Under the pieces are notes generated by a model, which ran no database searches, was not told the DNA's origin, and saw only the letters and a program-made list of their open reading frames with translations. 64,000 nt of DNA from Puccinia triticina (Eukaryota). Numbering within the stretch: the stretch's first letter is position 1; each line of letters begins with the position of its first letter. The stretch lies in contig CP110439.1 in the NCBI GenBank assembly GCA_026914245.1, positions 8,494,001 through 8,558,000 on the forward strand. Direction: 5' to 3'. Shown here one piece after another: positions 36,058 through 49,186 of this stretch. The translations under genes were made by a program, and so were the position numbers.

Positions 36058-39000
36058 AACCATCCACCTACCACCTTCCCTACCTCTCTCGGTTCCCCTT
36101 TCTCTTTTCCTCCTCTTATCTCTATTCTATCACTTCCTTTCAAGGCATCGAATAGTTGCTCTGTTGGAGTAGCTATCTCTGTCAGTCTTTGCCCCCTCCA
36201 AGACCACCCTTCCACTCTACCTCTCATTCAAAAGCAACAGAGCAAATTTAGTAGGGACCACCACTACTACAATCTGTTTTCTTCCCAATTAAAAAAAATG
36301 TTTTGGGATCCAAATGTTGATGCAAGGCAGACTTTGATCGGACGTGGTAAATGTGAAGAGCTCATAAATTCCCAAATCAGAACAGCGTCTTGGAAGGAGT
36401 GAAGTCCGCTGATGTGGCAGCTGAACAGAAAAAACAGGGTCATGAAATGCATTCAATTCTCGTTGTAGGTTGGGCCCACGGCGCTCCTCTCTTACCGCCC
36501 CCTGCACAATAATAATAGTCCGTCCGTCTATGTCTTCCAACCAACGAATGCAAAATCCTCTTTTTTTTAATAAATAAATCGTTTCGTACTCATTATAATC
36601 TTTTTTGTTTCTCGCTTGGGTCAGCAACAATAATCATCATCATACTTTGAACGATCCAAAACAAAATCATCTTACTCTAGCAGTTCGGAGTCAAAGGCAA
36701 CGGCAACTTGTTGAGCTCATCGTCAGCATCATCGCACACTCAAACCAGTAGGCAGAAAGAGTCCTTGACTTGGAGTCGCGAAGTCAGTTCCTTGTGATAC
36801 TCTTTGTATATCACAATCATTTTATTTGTTTTCTTTTCAAGATCAAATTTCTGTATTTTTTCTGTGGAACAAGAATGTACCTTGAGCCATTTAAGAGCGT
36901 AAAAAAGTTAGCTATGAATGGTTCCCTGGAATCGACGATAAAGATGAGTAAATGGATCGGTCAAGGAGGATACAAAAGAACAAGGACAGTTGTTTAAGGT
37001 TTGTGTATGTTCGTATCGCTTGCGATTTGATTAGGGAAACCGGTTTCATAAGCCGATCAGGTCACAAAATTCATTGAAAAATGTAAAGCGAGAGACCAGT
37101 GTTCACAATGTCTGGTCAGAAGACATCATGGGAGGCGGTTAAAAATATTCAAGGATCAAGAATGAGAGATGACTCCGGGAGATCAAGACAGTAAAGGAAT
37201 TGGAGATGAGGGGGGTAGGAGGCAGGCGCTTCAGGAAACGGAAAGAACAAAATCATTACCGAGCTGATTGACAGGTTGAGGGATGAGTGAACATATAACC
37301 ATCTCTGCAGTGCCTTGAGCTTGATCACTGCCAACCTCATTGGCGGGTTGTGCCCAGACGCGACGTGCGGGCAAGTTCTCCGACAAACAGCAAGATAAGA
37401 TTTAAATGAAGAAGCTGACATACGGATAGAAGAATTGTTACAGGCTTCAAGTCAAAAGCCGTATGCTCAGAGAAACAATCATTAAATTTGTGCAGAGGGG
37501 GGCATCTTTTGGCTGCAAACAGAGGGAACTTTGAGGTCAAGGATTGAGGCGCAAGGTTGGGAAGAGTGCGGTGCAATTGATGTGCCGGGCGGGCACAACA
37601 ATCACAAGGTGTCCGATAAACGATGGTGAAGCGTGATCACAATAACAGGTGCAGGTCTTGGTCACCATTACTTAGTAGGTTGTGCCTAGCGATTGTCTTG
37701 GTGAGGGGGTGGTTGGCCGGGATATGTGAAGACGAGCTGAATGAGGCGGACAAATCAGATTGGTGGGTAGAGGGGGTGGTCTCGTTGGCAACACCTAGCT
37801 GGTCAACGCTCCCCGCGCAGGTCAGAGGTATAGAAGGGGCGTGGCGGTGGCGTGGCTGTCAAGGCAGGATGAATGTGCTGTCGAGTGCGCTGGTGGTTCT
37901 TGTCAGGTGGTCCCAAATTTTCTATAAAAAGAGGGTGTTGGCTTGCTTTTGTCCCCCGGGGCGTCCTCTGCTGCTGTAATTCCAGTGTGCGGTTTGTCCT
38001 CACCCCCTCCGCTGTTGCACTTGCACAGTTTGAGGGGCTAAACTCGTTGGCCCCCCTTTGCATAATGCCTTCAATGCGGCGCGCTGGGGGTCATCCTCTC
38101 ACTATTTTTTAACCCTGCTAGACATGGATGGACAGTGAGCCACGGTGCATCAGCTTGCTGATGTTAGGTGGCTGGTTGCAGATTATAGTTGTATTTTTGG
38201 TTGTTGTAAAATTATGTTTTTTTGTTGATTTTGGCATTTGTAGAGGGAAACCCCTTCATGTTTTTTTTCTGGAAGTTGTAGAGGGGAAACCCTTGATTTT
38301 TTTTTTTGCAATTTTTGGAGATTTGTAGGGGAAACCCTTGAATTTTTGTTTTGTGATTCAGAGGCTTTAATAAACTTGGATATGCTGATACCTGAGAAAA
38401 TTGGAGATTGGACAGGAGTTCCAATTCTCCACTTGTGGGTGGGGCTAATTTTTTAGCCAATTTTCAGAAAATTGCAGGGGGAACCCTTGATCCCAATTTC
38501 CACGAAAGTGTGGATTTAATATACTTGGATTATATCACCTATATTTATATTGGCTCCAAACAAAGCCTAAAGATGTTCAAGAGGAGAAGAGGTGAGGACG
38601 TACATAAATATGTAGACTACATTTTCCAAACCACTGAAAATGTCCATGACTATGTTAAACCACTCCAAAAAAATGACACATCAATTCACAGTACGTTGGA
38701 ACACAGAAACACAGAATTGCACTTGGCATTTAAATAACTAGGCAAGATCATCAAGAAGTAAAGTAAGTATAGAATAACAAGGTGAATTGAAAAAATGAGA
38801 TTTAATGTGCCACAAATGAATTTTTGGCACAGAGTATAATCTAAAAACAGTGTCAGGATGATTTTTTCACAAAAACAGAATCCTTTGAATTTATATGTTG
38901 TCAGTAGGCATCATGCCACAATTGGAGTACATGGATGTGCACTCAAAGGATCACTTCCACTTGAAAATGATCACTACAATCAACAATTAGCCTTCCACTT

Positions 39001-39870
39001 GAAAATGATCAATGCAATCAACAATTAGTAGCCAATCCTCTTCTGAAACTCACAGTTTGCAGAGGTGATTGATAAAGTATGCTTTATTTTGAGCTTTTTT
39101 GCTTTTGAAGCTCTCAGATCCTGGGAGTGAATAGCATTGATTTAATCAATCACTGGCCAATTTACCTCCAGGATTCTAATTGTTTACAGAATTGATTAGG
39201 AAATTACGCAAGCCACTCAATTGTGAGCTTTGTTTCACTTTTCACTTTCTTCAAAAATCAATAGCCAAACCACTTCCCAGAAACTCATGATTTGATTTCT
39301 TTTTGTAAATACAAAAAGCCGCTTGGTTTTAAGTGTTGTTAATTAAGTTTTCACTACGGGAAGCTCATACAGGGGGGGCTTGGATTTCTTTTCAGCAATC
39401 TTCAATTATCAAACCTCTTCCTGTAACCTCTCTGTTGGCGTGAGTAATAGGATAAAAATGCTATACGCTTGATTTTGAGCCCTATCAGAATTTCTACCCC
39501 CAGCTGAAGCACAGTTCTTTTCTGAAATGTCACAGGCCAAACCACTTCCCAGAACCTCTATTTTTGCAGAATACACAGCAAATACAGCAAGCTGTGAGAC
39601 ATCAGCTCATATTTATGATTAAATCAGCTGAAATTGCAATGGGGCTTCATTTCAGGCAGAAAGGGGGCCTTTATTCATATGTGAGGGCATGGACAAATTT
39701 GAAGGCAGATGGAACTTTCCCAAGAGGAATACAAAGAAGCTAGATGTCAGTGTACTCATTGGATTCCACAAAGGGAAGTGAAAAAACAATAAGATTAGAC
39801 TGCAACTGGGAAAGTTCTATAGAACCACATAGTCTACCTCCAAGTTAACCACCCCAACCATGTACTGTAT

Positions 39871-40169
39871 ACGGCGGGCCAGCTACGCTAACTGTAGTGT
39901 CGCAGAATTTGGCTAACTTGTAGGTTAGTGTTAGCACAATTGTGTGGGACCAGCGCTCATGCTACCCGCACATGGTGCAAAAAAGCTCCCACTACGCTGT
40001 TTTACAGCGCTTTATAGCAGTTTTTTGGCCTTTTTGCTGCTAGAAGCGTTCTAGTGTAGCGTAACCCAGCATAGCGGCAGTACTGGTGCGCTAGCACTAC
40101 AGAACTAAAGGGCAGGTGTAAGCGCGGCTACACTAAGACTTAAGGGCCCTGTAGCATAGCGGCTCACTT
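39871..40169. mobile_element. Degenerate MITE related to the 5793-6117 element
   Basis: Starts ACGGCGGGCCAGCTACGCTA and ends GTAGCATAGCGGCTCAC. Same CGCTA/TAGCG richness and similar size. Confidence 0.6.
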
Positions 40170-40719
40170 TTGGCACTGTACAGCAGACACTTTGTACTCT
40201 TTTGTCAAGTGCGGAACAGTTTATCAGTTTTTTTGAGCTCGTTGTTGTTGATTCATGGAAATAGACCAAGGGGCACAGAATGAAAACATCAAAAAAATCA
40301 AGAGAACCCACAAAACAGAGACAAAGAGGCACAATCAAGTAGAAATTCCCATGTTGGACATTTAATTTTTTCAGAAATATCCCACTTTCTTAAATCCACA
40401 CAATTCTAGATCTGTAGATCTAAGTTTTGGGGTGTTTTTTTCTCACAAAAAGGGGCAAAACTTGCCCCTTAATCTCACTTGGCACGTTGAATATCCCCGA
40501 AGACCCGAAGGCCCTATGGATGACCCTCCAGCTGTGCCGGAGCAACGAGCAAAAGTGGGCCGGTTGGTAAGCTGTCCAGGGAGGGCCTAACCAAGCAGCT
40601 GGGGGGCTCCCAGGGAGGGGGCGGACGAAACCAAATCCCCTGCGGATCAATGGTCCCACTTCCCTCCCCTTATATACCCACCAGCACCACCGCCCCACAC
40701 CTCTCGCCACACCACGCTT

Positions 40720-41430
40720 CGCCAACCCGTAACTGCCACGGGGACGCTACTGATACCACGCCCGCCCATTGCCCTGGCGAAACACCACCCAAGACCGCCC
40801 CACGCCACGCCTTGCTCGGTGCCCGGCGCGAGGGCCAAGCCCTACCTCCGCCTGGGCTCGTCCACTCCCTTCGCCGGACACACCTCGCGCGAGTTCTTCC
40901 GGCACGAGCCTGCCCAGTTTCCGGCAGGGGGGTATGAGCAGATCGACTGGTCTGCGGGAGGAGGGGCAGTCTCCCTGCAGAAATCAGCAGGCGCGTATGG
41001 CGGGGGGACGGTGTATGGCTCGGCGTATGGCGGGAGCGCGACGCTGGACTGCCAGCCGCTGGTCTATCCGCCCAGCCACTTGTCCTTCAACCCCTACCAC
41101 AGCTTTGCCAGTCTGGTGGAACCGACCCCTGCGTACCCGCTGCTGGCCAAGCAGCAGCCCGCCCTGGGCGAGTTCCGGAGCTTCTCGATGCCGCCGGCCG
41201 AGCAGCAAGCCTACCAGCATGCGACCAACTTCGCGCCCTCCGCCGCGGGTGCCAGCCGAGCGGCCAGCCAGCAGCAGTACACTGAGACGGACGGCTATGG
41301 CCAGCCGGCCTGGCAGACCGGCCTCCACGTGTCCGCTTCCGAGCCCAGCGTGCTCTTCCCCGCTTCTTCCGACGCCGACGGCGCGGGCCCGCTCGGCTGG
41401 CCCAGCAGCACCAGATGGCAGCCCAGTTAG
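40720..41430 (+). CDS. GC-rich low-complexity ORF (Pro/Ala/Gln/Tyr-rich), no clear ATG
   Basis: 203-aa frame 40819-41430 with strong C/G third-position bias inside AT-rich surroundings. No family recognised. Confidence 0.4.
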   Translation, partial: RQPVTATGTLLIPRPPIALAKHHPRPPHATPCSVPGARAKPYLRLGSSTPFAGHTSREFFRHEPAQFPAGGYEQIDWSAGGGAVSLQKSAGAYGGGTVYGSAYGGSATLDCQPLVYPPSHLSFNPYHSFASLVEPTPAYPLLAKQQPALGEFRSFSMPPAEQQAYQHATNFAPSAAGASRAASQQQYTETDGYGQPAWQTGLHVSASEPSVLFPASSDADGAGPLGWPSSTRWQPS

Positions 41431-41950
41431 CAAACAAAGCGCTACTGCTTGCCCCCCGCCGAGCTCGCCCGGGAGCCCTCCGGCGTCCGTCGCCGCAAGA
41501 CCATGTGCAGGGTTGGCCAGGCCCGCCGCGCCGCCAAGCCCCAAGCAATTGTCTCAAATAATAACACAGAAATACTCTCAGGCTGTATGGTCTTGAAAGA
41601 CTTACTATTTTCCAAGTGATAAAGATACTTTGATATGGTCTCTGACATTTTGTGTTGATCTGTCTCTGAAGTTTTGTGTGGATTTCTGTAATCCAAAACA
41701 TGAATTCAATTGAGATGAGAAGTGTGGTTTAAATTATCTTAAAATAATCATACTTTGCAATTAATGAAAGTTCAGAAATCCAGTATTGTTGGCTGAGGCA
41801 ACACTCTTGACATAAAAATTGAAAGTGTGATTTTGGAGGCTGCAATTGTTTGGGATGAATCCTTGAACTGAAGGCATGTAATTTTATCAGGGTACCAGCC
41901 TTTTGTTGAGGAAACTGTTTGGGGTAGGTTTTCATGTGAAGTTGTTTCCC

Positions 41951-41980
41951 CTGCAGCGGCGTAGCCGCCTTGGCCTCTAG
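41951..41980 (+). mobile_element. Helitron-like 3' terminus
   Basis: CTGCA-GCGGC-GTA-GCCGC-CTTGGCCT-CTAG followed by T. Confidence 0.65.
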
Positions 41981-42023
41981 TACTAATGATATTTAAGAGT
42001 TGCATATTTAACACAAATTGTAT

Positions 42024-44264
42024 TTAGTCAGACTCGGACTCGGACTCGGACTCGGACTCGGACTCGGACTCGGACTCTGACTCAGATTCAGACTTAGTCT
42101 GAATCAGAGTCAGATTCACTGATTTTTTCTTCATTTTCTCGAGACTCCCCTGTATCTTGACGCAAGACCTTGTTGACCCCGTTGGTTGGCTCCCCAGGAC
42201 CCGCCGCCAAAATTGGAACAAGTTTTATCCAATTGTTTTTCAGACCACGCAAGATTAACCAGAGTTTGTTGCGCTGAATTGACTTGATTGGAATGTTTTC
42301 GAAATGCTCAACCACAAGGCCTACTGGATTATCTTCCACAATAACCTTGTGGTTGTACTTTGCGAGCTTTTTAGTTGTATTTGTTCCCGGCCATCCCGTA
42401 GTGTCGTGACCCTTGTTCATCGCAACTAAGATTGTGATGATATGATTAGAAGACACTTTGGTCCTAGCAGATATTTTCGAAGGCTGCTTACTATAAATAT
42501 TCTTCAGCTCCTCCAATATGAATGTACGGTTCTTTGCTGCACTTCCTGTTTATTGTGAGAATTGTGAGCAAGTCTGATCACAACAATTTTTAAATTGAGG
42601 GGAGAGCTAACCTTTTCAGATGTCTTTGTTAGCGGCAGCGCCATTGTCCTTGCGCAGTTTTTTTGCAACCGGCTGGTTGTAATCACCAGTTTCTACCCCC
42701 ACCGGTACTACATCACGCGACCGTTTTTTGGAGCTTGCCATCCAGCAAGCAAACTCGCAAATAGGATCACCCTCGTTGGTCATCTTTTGAAGGAATTGAT
42801 CTCCGTAGAAACTTCCGCCCTGGAAAAAGAATGGTTTCTGGTGATCCTGACCAACCAAAACCAGAAAACCTTCAATTCCAAGAGCATCACTGATCTCTTT
42901 CATCTTGAAAGCAATTGATATCAGTGTCCCGTAACCAAATTTTAGTTATAGGTGCTTCTCACTTTCTCCTGTGTGTCACTAGCCCAGGCTTGAACCCCAG
43001 TGTTGAGCTTCTTTGCCAATGTGATTTTTTTCTCAAACAGCCCTTGTTCATTGAGATTGGGATCGGTGTTGTTATGCATGGTATTCAAAGATCGAGGGTT
43101 GTTTGTACTGTTGGTGTTTTGGTTAATAGCAGCGTTCTTGTATGCTTTCGAAGCGTCTTTGTTTTGTTGACCAAGGTCATTTTCAACTGAAGGAAGAAAG
43201 AAAGTGAGAAAATAAGCATCAAAAATTTGCCAACTGTGATTGATTGTACAAGCGTAAGAGCACCCACCATTGGAAAAAACCTTTTCAGGATCATCATTCT
43301 GGAACTTGTGCCAGGTACTTTTTCCACGAGATCGACGTTGTCCAAGGTAGGTAGTAAGTGATTTGAAGGGTCGTTGGTGCTTTGATGATAGCATGTGCTG
43401 GTTTCGCTGGTAATTGAAGTAAAGATCTTGGGCTTCGTGCTTAATAGTCTGGTCAAGTCGCTTATAGACAACGTGAGTCTTCTGCAATTCACGCAGCTCT
43501 CTCAATGATTTGCCTTCGTATCGCTTTACAATGTGGTCAGGAAGGACACGATCTAATGAATAGATGTCTTTGTTAGAAGACCTGGCTTGAGTAGAGCTCG
43601 GTGGGACTGGCCGGATTGAATCTGAAGAGTCTGGGTGCTGGCTTGTAGAAGCTGGACGCGTGTCAATGGCCCGAGCAGAGTTAGATTCAATCAAAGCTTC
43701 TGGTTGCCCCGAGGTCGTGGAAATCGTACGTCCTAAGCTGCCAAAGGATTGAGAGGGGATTCCGTCGGAGATTGGACGAGAAGAATCACTGCTAGCTAGG
43801 TTTGAGCTGCTTGCTGGTTTGCCCGCAATGGTGCCAGTAGCCCCGGCTGTTATCGGCTCTTTGGGCGGTTTCTCGCGTTTACAGGTTTGGGCGGTCCAGA
43901 ATACGCGCTATTAACAATTCCAAGTGGACCAGAGTATATTATGCCAGAAGCCGGATGGATGGCCGCACGAGTCAATGATGTATAACCACGGGTACGTCCA
44001 GGAAATTGCTTGACAGGACTCTGATGATTCAGACAAATGGAGTGCCCATAATTGTATTTGGTGCCTGTGTAAAAATGGTCGGCGGGTAAGTTGTTGAGTT
44101 CCAATGGCTGATTTGGGAAATGACCGATTTGAGACTGCGCTCGACTGAGAGAGACTTCTTTCCAAGAGAGGATTGTTGATTGATGGGTTGGAAAATGAGT
44201 CGCGACAAATTTGTTGGGACTGGTAGTAGTTCTGTTGGGATGACTGCTGGTCGTTGTGATACAT
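42024..44264 (-). pseudogene. Uncharacterised multi-exon gene, probably transposon-borne, with frameshifts
   Basis: ORF pieces 42942-43694, 42616-42903 and 42094-42516 (GWPGTN motif). Ser/Asp/Glu tail encoded by a (GACTCG)n microsatellite at 42029-42095. CACT-ended palindrome 220 bp upstream. Confidence 0.5.
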
Positions 44265-44480
44265 CTCGGATATTGCAAAAAGGGCAATAATGGTAATGTC
44301 TCTTTGTAAGAGTCTCAAGTGCTATGTGTATGTACTTGTGTATTTGTATGTACTTGTGTGAGGTTGTGGGTTTGAAGTACAAGCGGTGTGGGGAGTCAAA
44401 CTGAAGCTGGGGGATTTGGCGGGGCGGGATGCGGGACGGTTGGGTGGGCAGGACGGATGCTAAAGAATGGGTGTACAATG

Positions 44481-44528
44481 CACTTAAGACCCGCGTTCCC
44501 AGACATCTCTGGAACGCGGTCTTGAGTG
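44481..44528. repeat. Palindrome with CACT/AGTG ends, possible CMC/EnSpm-like terminus
   Basis: CACTTAAGACCCGCGTTCC...GGAACGCGGTCTTGAGTG. The same TCTTGAGTG also ends an element fragment at ~9397. Confidence 0.45.
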
Positions 44529-44840
44529 TCTACATACATGTTACATAGGTCGTTCATAAAATTTTTGGGGAATATTTTTCATGATTTCATGATTTATGCA
44601 TGTATAAGCTTATGCATTTTAACTTTGACAACCATAAAAGTTGAAATCATAAAATTTTCAATACATAAAATGATAAAATCATAAAATTTTCAAATGATGA
44701 CTTTATATGTCCCATTTTAGAAATGGTGCTCCAATTTGAGTGTTTGGGTGGTACACATTTTTTTTCAGCTTAGATTTTATGATTTTATGGTGTTATGATT
44801 TTATGCAAGTCAACTTTGAACACCCTAATTGAACACAATA

Positions 44841-44990
44841 CTGGAGGACTTCCCGCCGATCTGGAAACCCAGATTTTCCCAGATTTTGCAGGGAAATCTA
44901 GGCAGATCTAGGATTTGGGATGATTGGGCCCAGATTTCCCCGCAAAATCTGGAAAAATCTGAGTTCCCAGATCGACGGGAAGTCCTCCAC
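44841..44990. mobile_element. Tc1/mariner-like MITE
   Basis: TIR TGGAGGACTTCCCG(C/T)CGATCTGG with TA on both flanks. Confidence 0.85.
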
Positions 44991-46205
44991 TAGATGTTAA
45001 AATACATAAACTTCACTTTGAGGGAGGGTTCTGACGATGTACCAAAACCCTCAATTCCAAGCCGACGTCTTGTGGGCTTTTATAAAGGACGTTTTGCTCC
45101 CTCAAGCGTCCAGCAAACGCTCAATATTTCGTCGAACATCGAGGGAACGCCTGAGATTTCCTCGATCGCTCCTGTGGTGTAGGCACTCTGTGTTGAGTCC
45201 AATGATTACTCACACTGTTTTCGAGATCCATGCAAATACAAAGCTTGCGGTTATCCAGCCTAACGGTTTCAGCAGGTTTCAGCACTGACTCCGGCCGCCG
45301 ATGTCAATTCCCATATTTCGACCATGCTAGCGTCGTTATTTGCCGGCATAACGACTTCAGTCTGTCTGATTCCAGTTTCCGCGCATTTAAACACATCGAG
45401 TCGCGGTGATCTTGTGAATGAGGAGTTGGCAACACGTCTTGAAGCACTGCACTCAGGACGTTCTACTTCGTTAGCTAAGACGGTATGTAGAACAAAATAT
45501 TTGCCAAGTAACCGAGTTTTAGCGATATTCGTTCGGACGGAAGGCGCTAATATGATATTCGCTTCTGTATCAGACACACACCAATCTTTCCTCAGTGGTG
45601 GCCGTATGATTCCCAAACGAGGCTTCCAAGGCTGCCTGCTTGCCCAAGGAAAGCCGGGTAGCGAACGCTGCTCACCTGTCGTGTATATCCGAGAGCAGCC
45701 CATGGGTGGTTTCGATGAGAAGCATTCTTAGCACCACCGAGCCTTGGAGAGCCCAGCTCGTGTTGCAGCTGCGCAAGCTTGCTGCATTTGTGTCATCATC
45801 CACGGCGTTACTGAAGTGCACTTCGCTTGCTCCATTTGCGAACCAAGCACTCATGGGCTCGGTACTCGCTTCTTGCTGGAGGAGGCCTAATTGTGAAAAT
45901 TGCCAGGCAGTGGGAAAGAGACCCTGCTTTCAAACCAAGAACCTTGCAAGCAAGGATCAAGGGTACCGGATGGCAAGATGATCGGGTCGGGCAACTATAT
46001 AAGATGGGTCTTCGCCCACCGATCCTTCCGCTTTCTTCCCCAGGCAAATTACTCTAATTCCCCTCAACACTTTATTATTTCACCCCATTTTTATCATCTG
46101 TCCGGTTACAGATTTTACTTTTAGTCAGGTGCTCTTTCTTGAAACTCTAAACCCACACCTAGTCTAACTTATTCCACCCAAACCAACCCGTCAAAACTCG
46201 CCAAC

Positions 46206-49186
46206 ATGCAGTTCATTACTCTTGCCGTTGCACTTGCCTACTACACCGGTAAGTTATCGCGCTTGATACTGGCAGAGCAGAGTGATCAGCTGATTTGCCT
46301 TATTCAAAAACTTCTAGGTGTTAACTCATCGCCGGTATCTATTAACCGTAGAGGTAACAAGGAGTAAGCACTCACCACACGCGTCCACCCCAAAGCTCGG
46401 GCTGATGTCCTTCCTTTTGTCAGTGGTCCTTCAGGAAGCAGTGAAGCTTCTGCCAGCGCAAATGCGCAGGCCAACGCCGAAAGCTCCGGCCCAGACTCCC
46501 CTTCTGCTGTGGCGGAGGCCAAAGCAGAGGCAAATGCTCAAGCTTCTGGACAGTCTTCAGCCAACGCTAACGCGTCGGCCCAATCTCACGCACAAGCTGC
46601 TGGCCAACCTGGCCTACTGTCGCCGTCGGCCTCAGCCGAAGCGAGCGCAGCCGCCAAGGCATCTGCCCAAGCTTCCGGACATCTCGCGCCCGCAGGACCG
46701 CCTTCGTCCACTTCGGCCAGCGCGAATGCCGCTGCTCAAGCTCACGCTGCTGCTCAAGTGGCCGGCCCTATCGGGATGCCACCACCGCCTCCGGTTGATG
46801 TCAACGCGGCAGCTAACGCTCACGCGCAAGCTACCGGCCAATCTGGCCCACCTGCCGGGTTACCATCGTCAGCTGCTGCGAACGCCAATGCGGCAGCATC
46901 TGCAGCATCACACCTTGGTAATGGCAAGTGAAGTTTCCGTCACCATTCCCCAAGCTTGTCATGTCTGACTTGATTACGTACCATCCTAGGACCTGCGCCT
47001 ATTGGACCCGGCCCTGTCCCAGCTGGCCCATCCGGTCCGAGTGCAGGCAGCTTTGCAGCTTCTGCCTCGGGCGCTGGGTCAACAGGCCCTCTTCCTATCG
47101 GACCCCCAGGACTGTCAGGTATGCGGCATTCGCTTCATACGTAGTCAAGCCCTTAACCCATTAACTGACGTCACCCATCGCAATAGGACCTCCACCTCCT
47201 TCAGGCCCAATTGTGCCAGGACCAAACGGCTCAAGCTCGGTATCCTCTGCAACCTCTCACTCTGGAGCTTCCCCCTCTGGAGCCCCAGGATTCCCTTCGC
47301 CCTTCCCGACTGGAAGACCCGATTTCTCAGCTTCTGTTGGTTTCGGTAGCAATGTCCCTTCATCAAATGGTGTAGGACTTGGTGTTGTTGGGCCAAATGG
47401 ATCTTTGGCTTCTGGAACAAGCTCTGCCTCCGGTGACTCCATATCCGGTGGCGTAGGTGTTTCCCTAGGTGGTCTTGGAGGCCCGGGCCCTCTCTCCCAC
47501 GGTCTCCCGCAAGGCCTACCCGGCGCACCTTCATTTGGACTGCCCAACGGCTCTGTCAGCTCTGCTACATCGACCAGCAAGGATTCTGCAAACAGTGGTC
47601 CTGCTCCCTTCCCTGGTGGGCCAGTTCTTTCCCCTGCAGGCCTGATCGGCCACCTTCCCGGCGCACCTGGCGCACCCATCATTTCCGGCAGCAATGCTTC
47701 TGCTAGTGCCAACGCATCTGCATCTGGCAAGGGCGGTCTACCCGGTGGCCCAGTCCCTACACCATCTGGCGGACCTGCCCCTCTGCCTGCTGGCCCCATG
47801 GGCCCTATTCCTACAGGTTCGGTTGCGCCTTCCTTCGGCGGGCCAGGTGGCCCCGGAAACGGACCATCATCCACGATCAGCTCTGCCACTAGCCACAGTG
47901 GTGCACCGGGTGGCCCAGCTCCCCTCCCAGTCGGTGGCATCGCTCCCTCTCCTGCTGGCCCTGGCGTACCTCCCCTTGGTAACCCCAGCAGCGCAGGTAG
48001 TAGCACATCAGCTGCCGCCAACGCATCCGCATCCAGCAAGGGCCCAGGTCTCACTCCATCTGGAAGTCCTGCACTCACTCCCGGTGGTCCAATGACACCC
48101 CCCGCTGGCGCACCTGGCCTCCCTCCGTTCGGTGGACCCAGTGGCCCCGGAAACGGCGCATCATCCAGCGCCAGCTCCGCCATCAGCCACAGCGGCGCGC
48201 CGGGTGGCTCAGCCCCTCTTCCATCCGGTCACCCTCTCCCGACACCCACTGGCCCGACGCCAACTGCTCCTGGTCTTCCCCCAATTGCCCCCGGTGGACC
48301 CAACGGCAGCAGCTCCGCTTCCAGCAACGCTCATGCGAACGCGAACGCTAATGCTGGTGTTAGCCAAGGTATCCCCAGAGGTTCGCCCTTTGGCCCCAGC
48401 GGCTACCCAATGCCCTCATCTGGATTCAACGGAATGCCACCCTCGTTCCCCGGTGCATCAGGACCTGCTCACGGCTACCCCAGCTTTCCTGTCGGCGGCT
48501 CCATGTCCTCCGGCTCAGCTAACTCGAACAGTGGCAGTGGCGCATTTGACTGGAACGGCTTCATGCCTGGTGGCTCGCAAGCATCGGCATCCGCTTCGGC
48601 CCAGGCCCAGGCTCAGGCCCAGGCTCAAGCCTCGGCTTTTGCCCAAGCCCAAGCTTCCGCTAACGCCAACGGAAACGCGAACGCGAACGCCAACGCGAAC
48701 GCACACGCAAACTGGAACGGAAACGGAAACGCAAACGCTAACGCTAACGCCCAAGCATCTGCATCTGCGTCCGGACAAGGCCAAGGACCGATGTTAGCAG
48801 GACAAGCTTTAGCAGCCGCCCAGGCCCAAGGAAAGCCCGGCTCACCTCCAGCCTATGCCTCCCAATCCAGCCAATGGAACAGCCAGCATGGTGGAGCGAC
48901 CCAATCGTTTGCCACCCCAGGGGGGCAATACGGTCCCCCATCTTTCCCCAGCGGAGGATTCTACGGTGGCAGCGGTGGCTTTGCCGTTCCTGGCCAGATG
49001 GGCTGGGCCGGCTATGCTCCTCAGCCGTACGGTTACGGTGGCTACGGACTCGGTGGCGGCCTGAATGTTGGTGTTGGACTTGGCGGACTCGGTGCTGGTG
49101 TCCTCGGCACCGGTGCTGGCATCCTTGGCGGAGGCCTCGGAGCCGGCGTTGGCCTGGGAGCTGGTGTTGGGTATGGCGGTTGGTAA
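46206..49186 (+). CDS. Secreted Gly/Pro/Ala/Ser-rich repetitive protein, about 900 aa
   Basis: Signal-like MQFITLAVALAYYTGVNS and dibasic RR. Five exons (introns ~46249-46317, ~46363-46423, ~46918-46989, ~47119-47186) splice in frame into the 657-aa ORF. Confidence 0.85.

Noticed and set aside
34406..41980. Single cut-and-paste TIR transposon
   Set aside because: The ends share only about 30 bp and no TSD can be found; hairpin-CTAG-T fits Helitron ends better. Kept only as an alternative reading.
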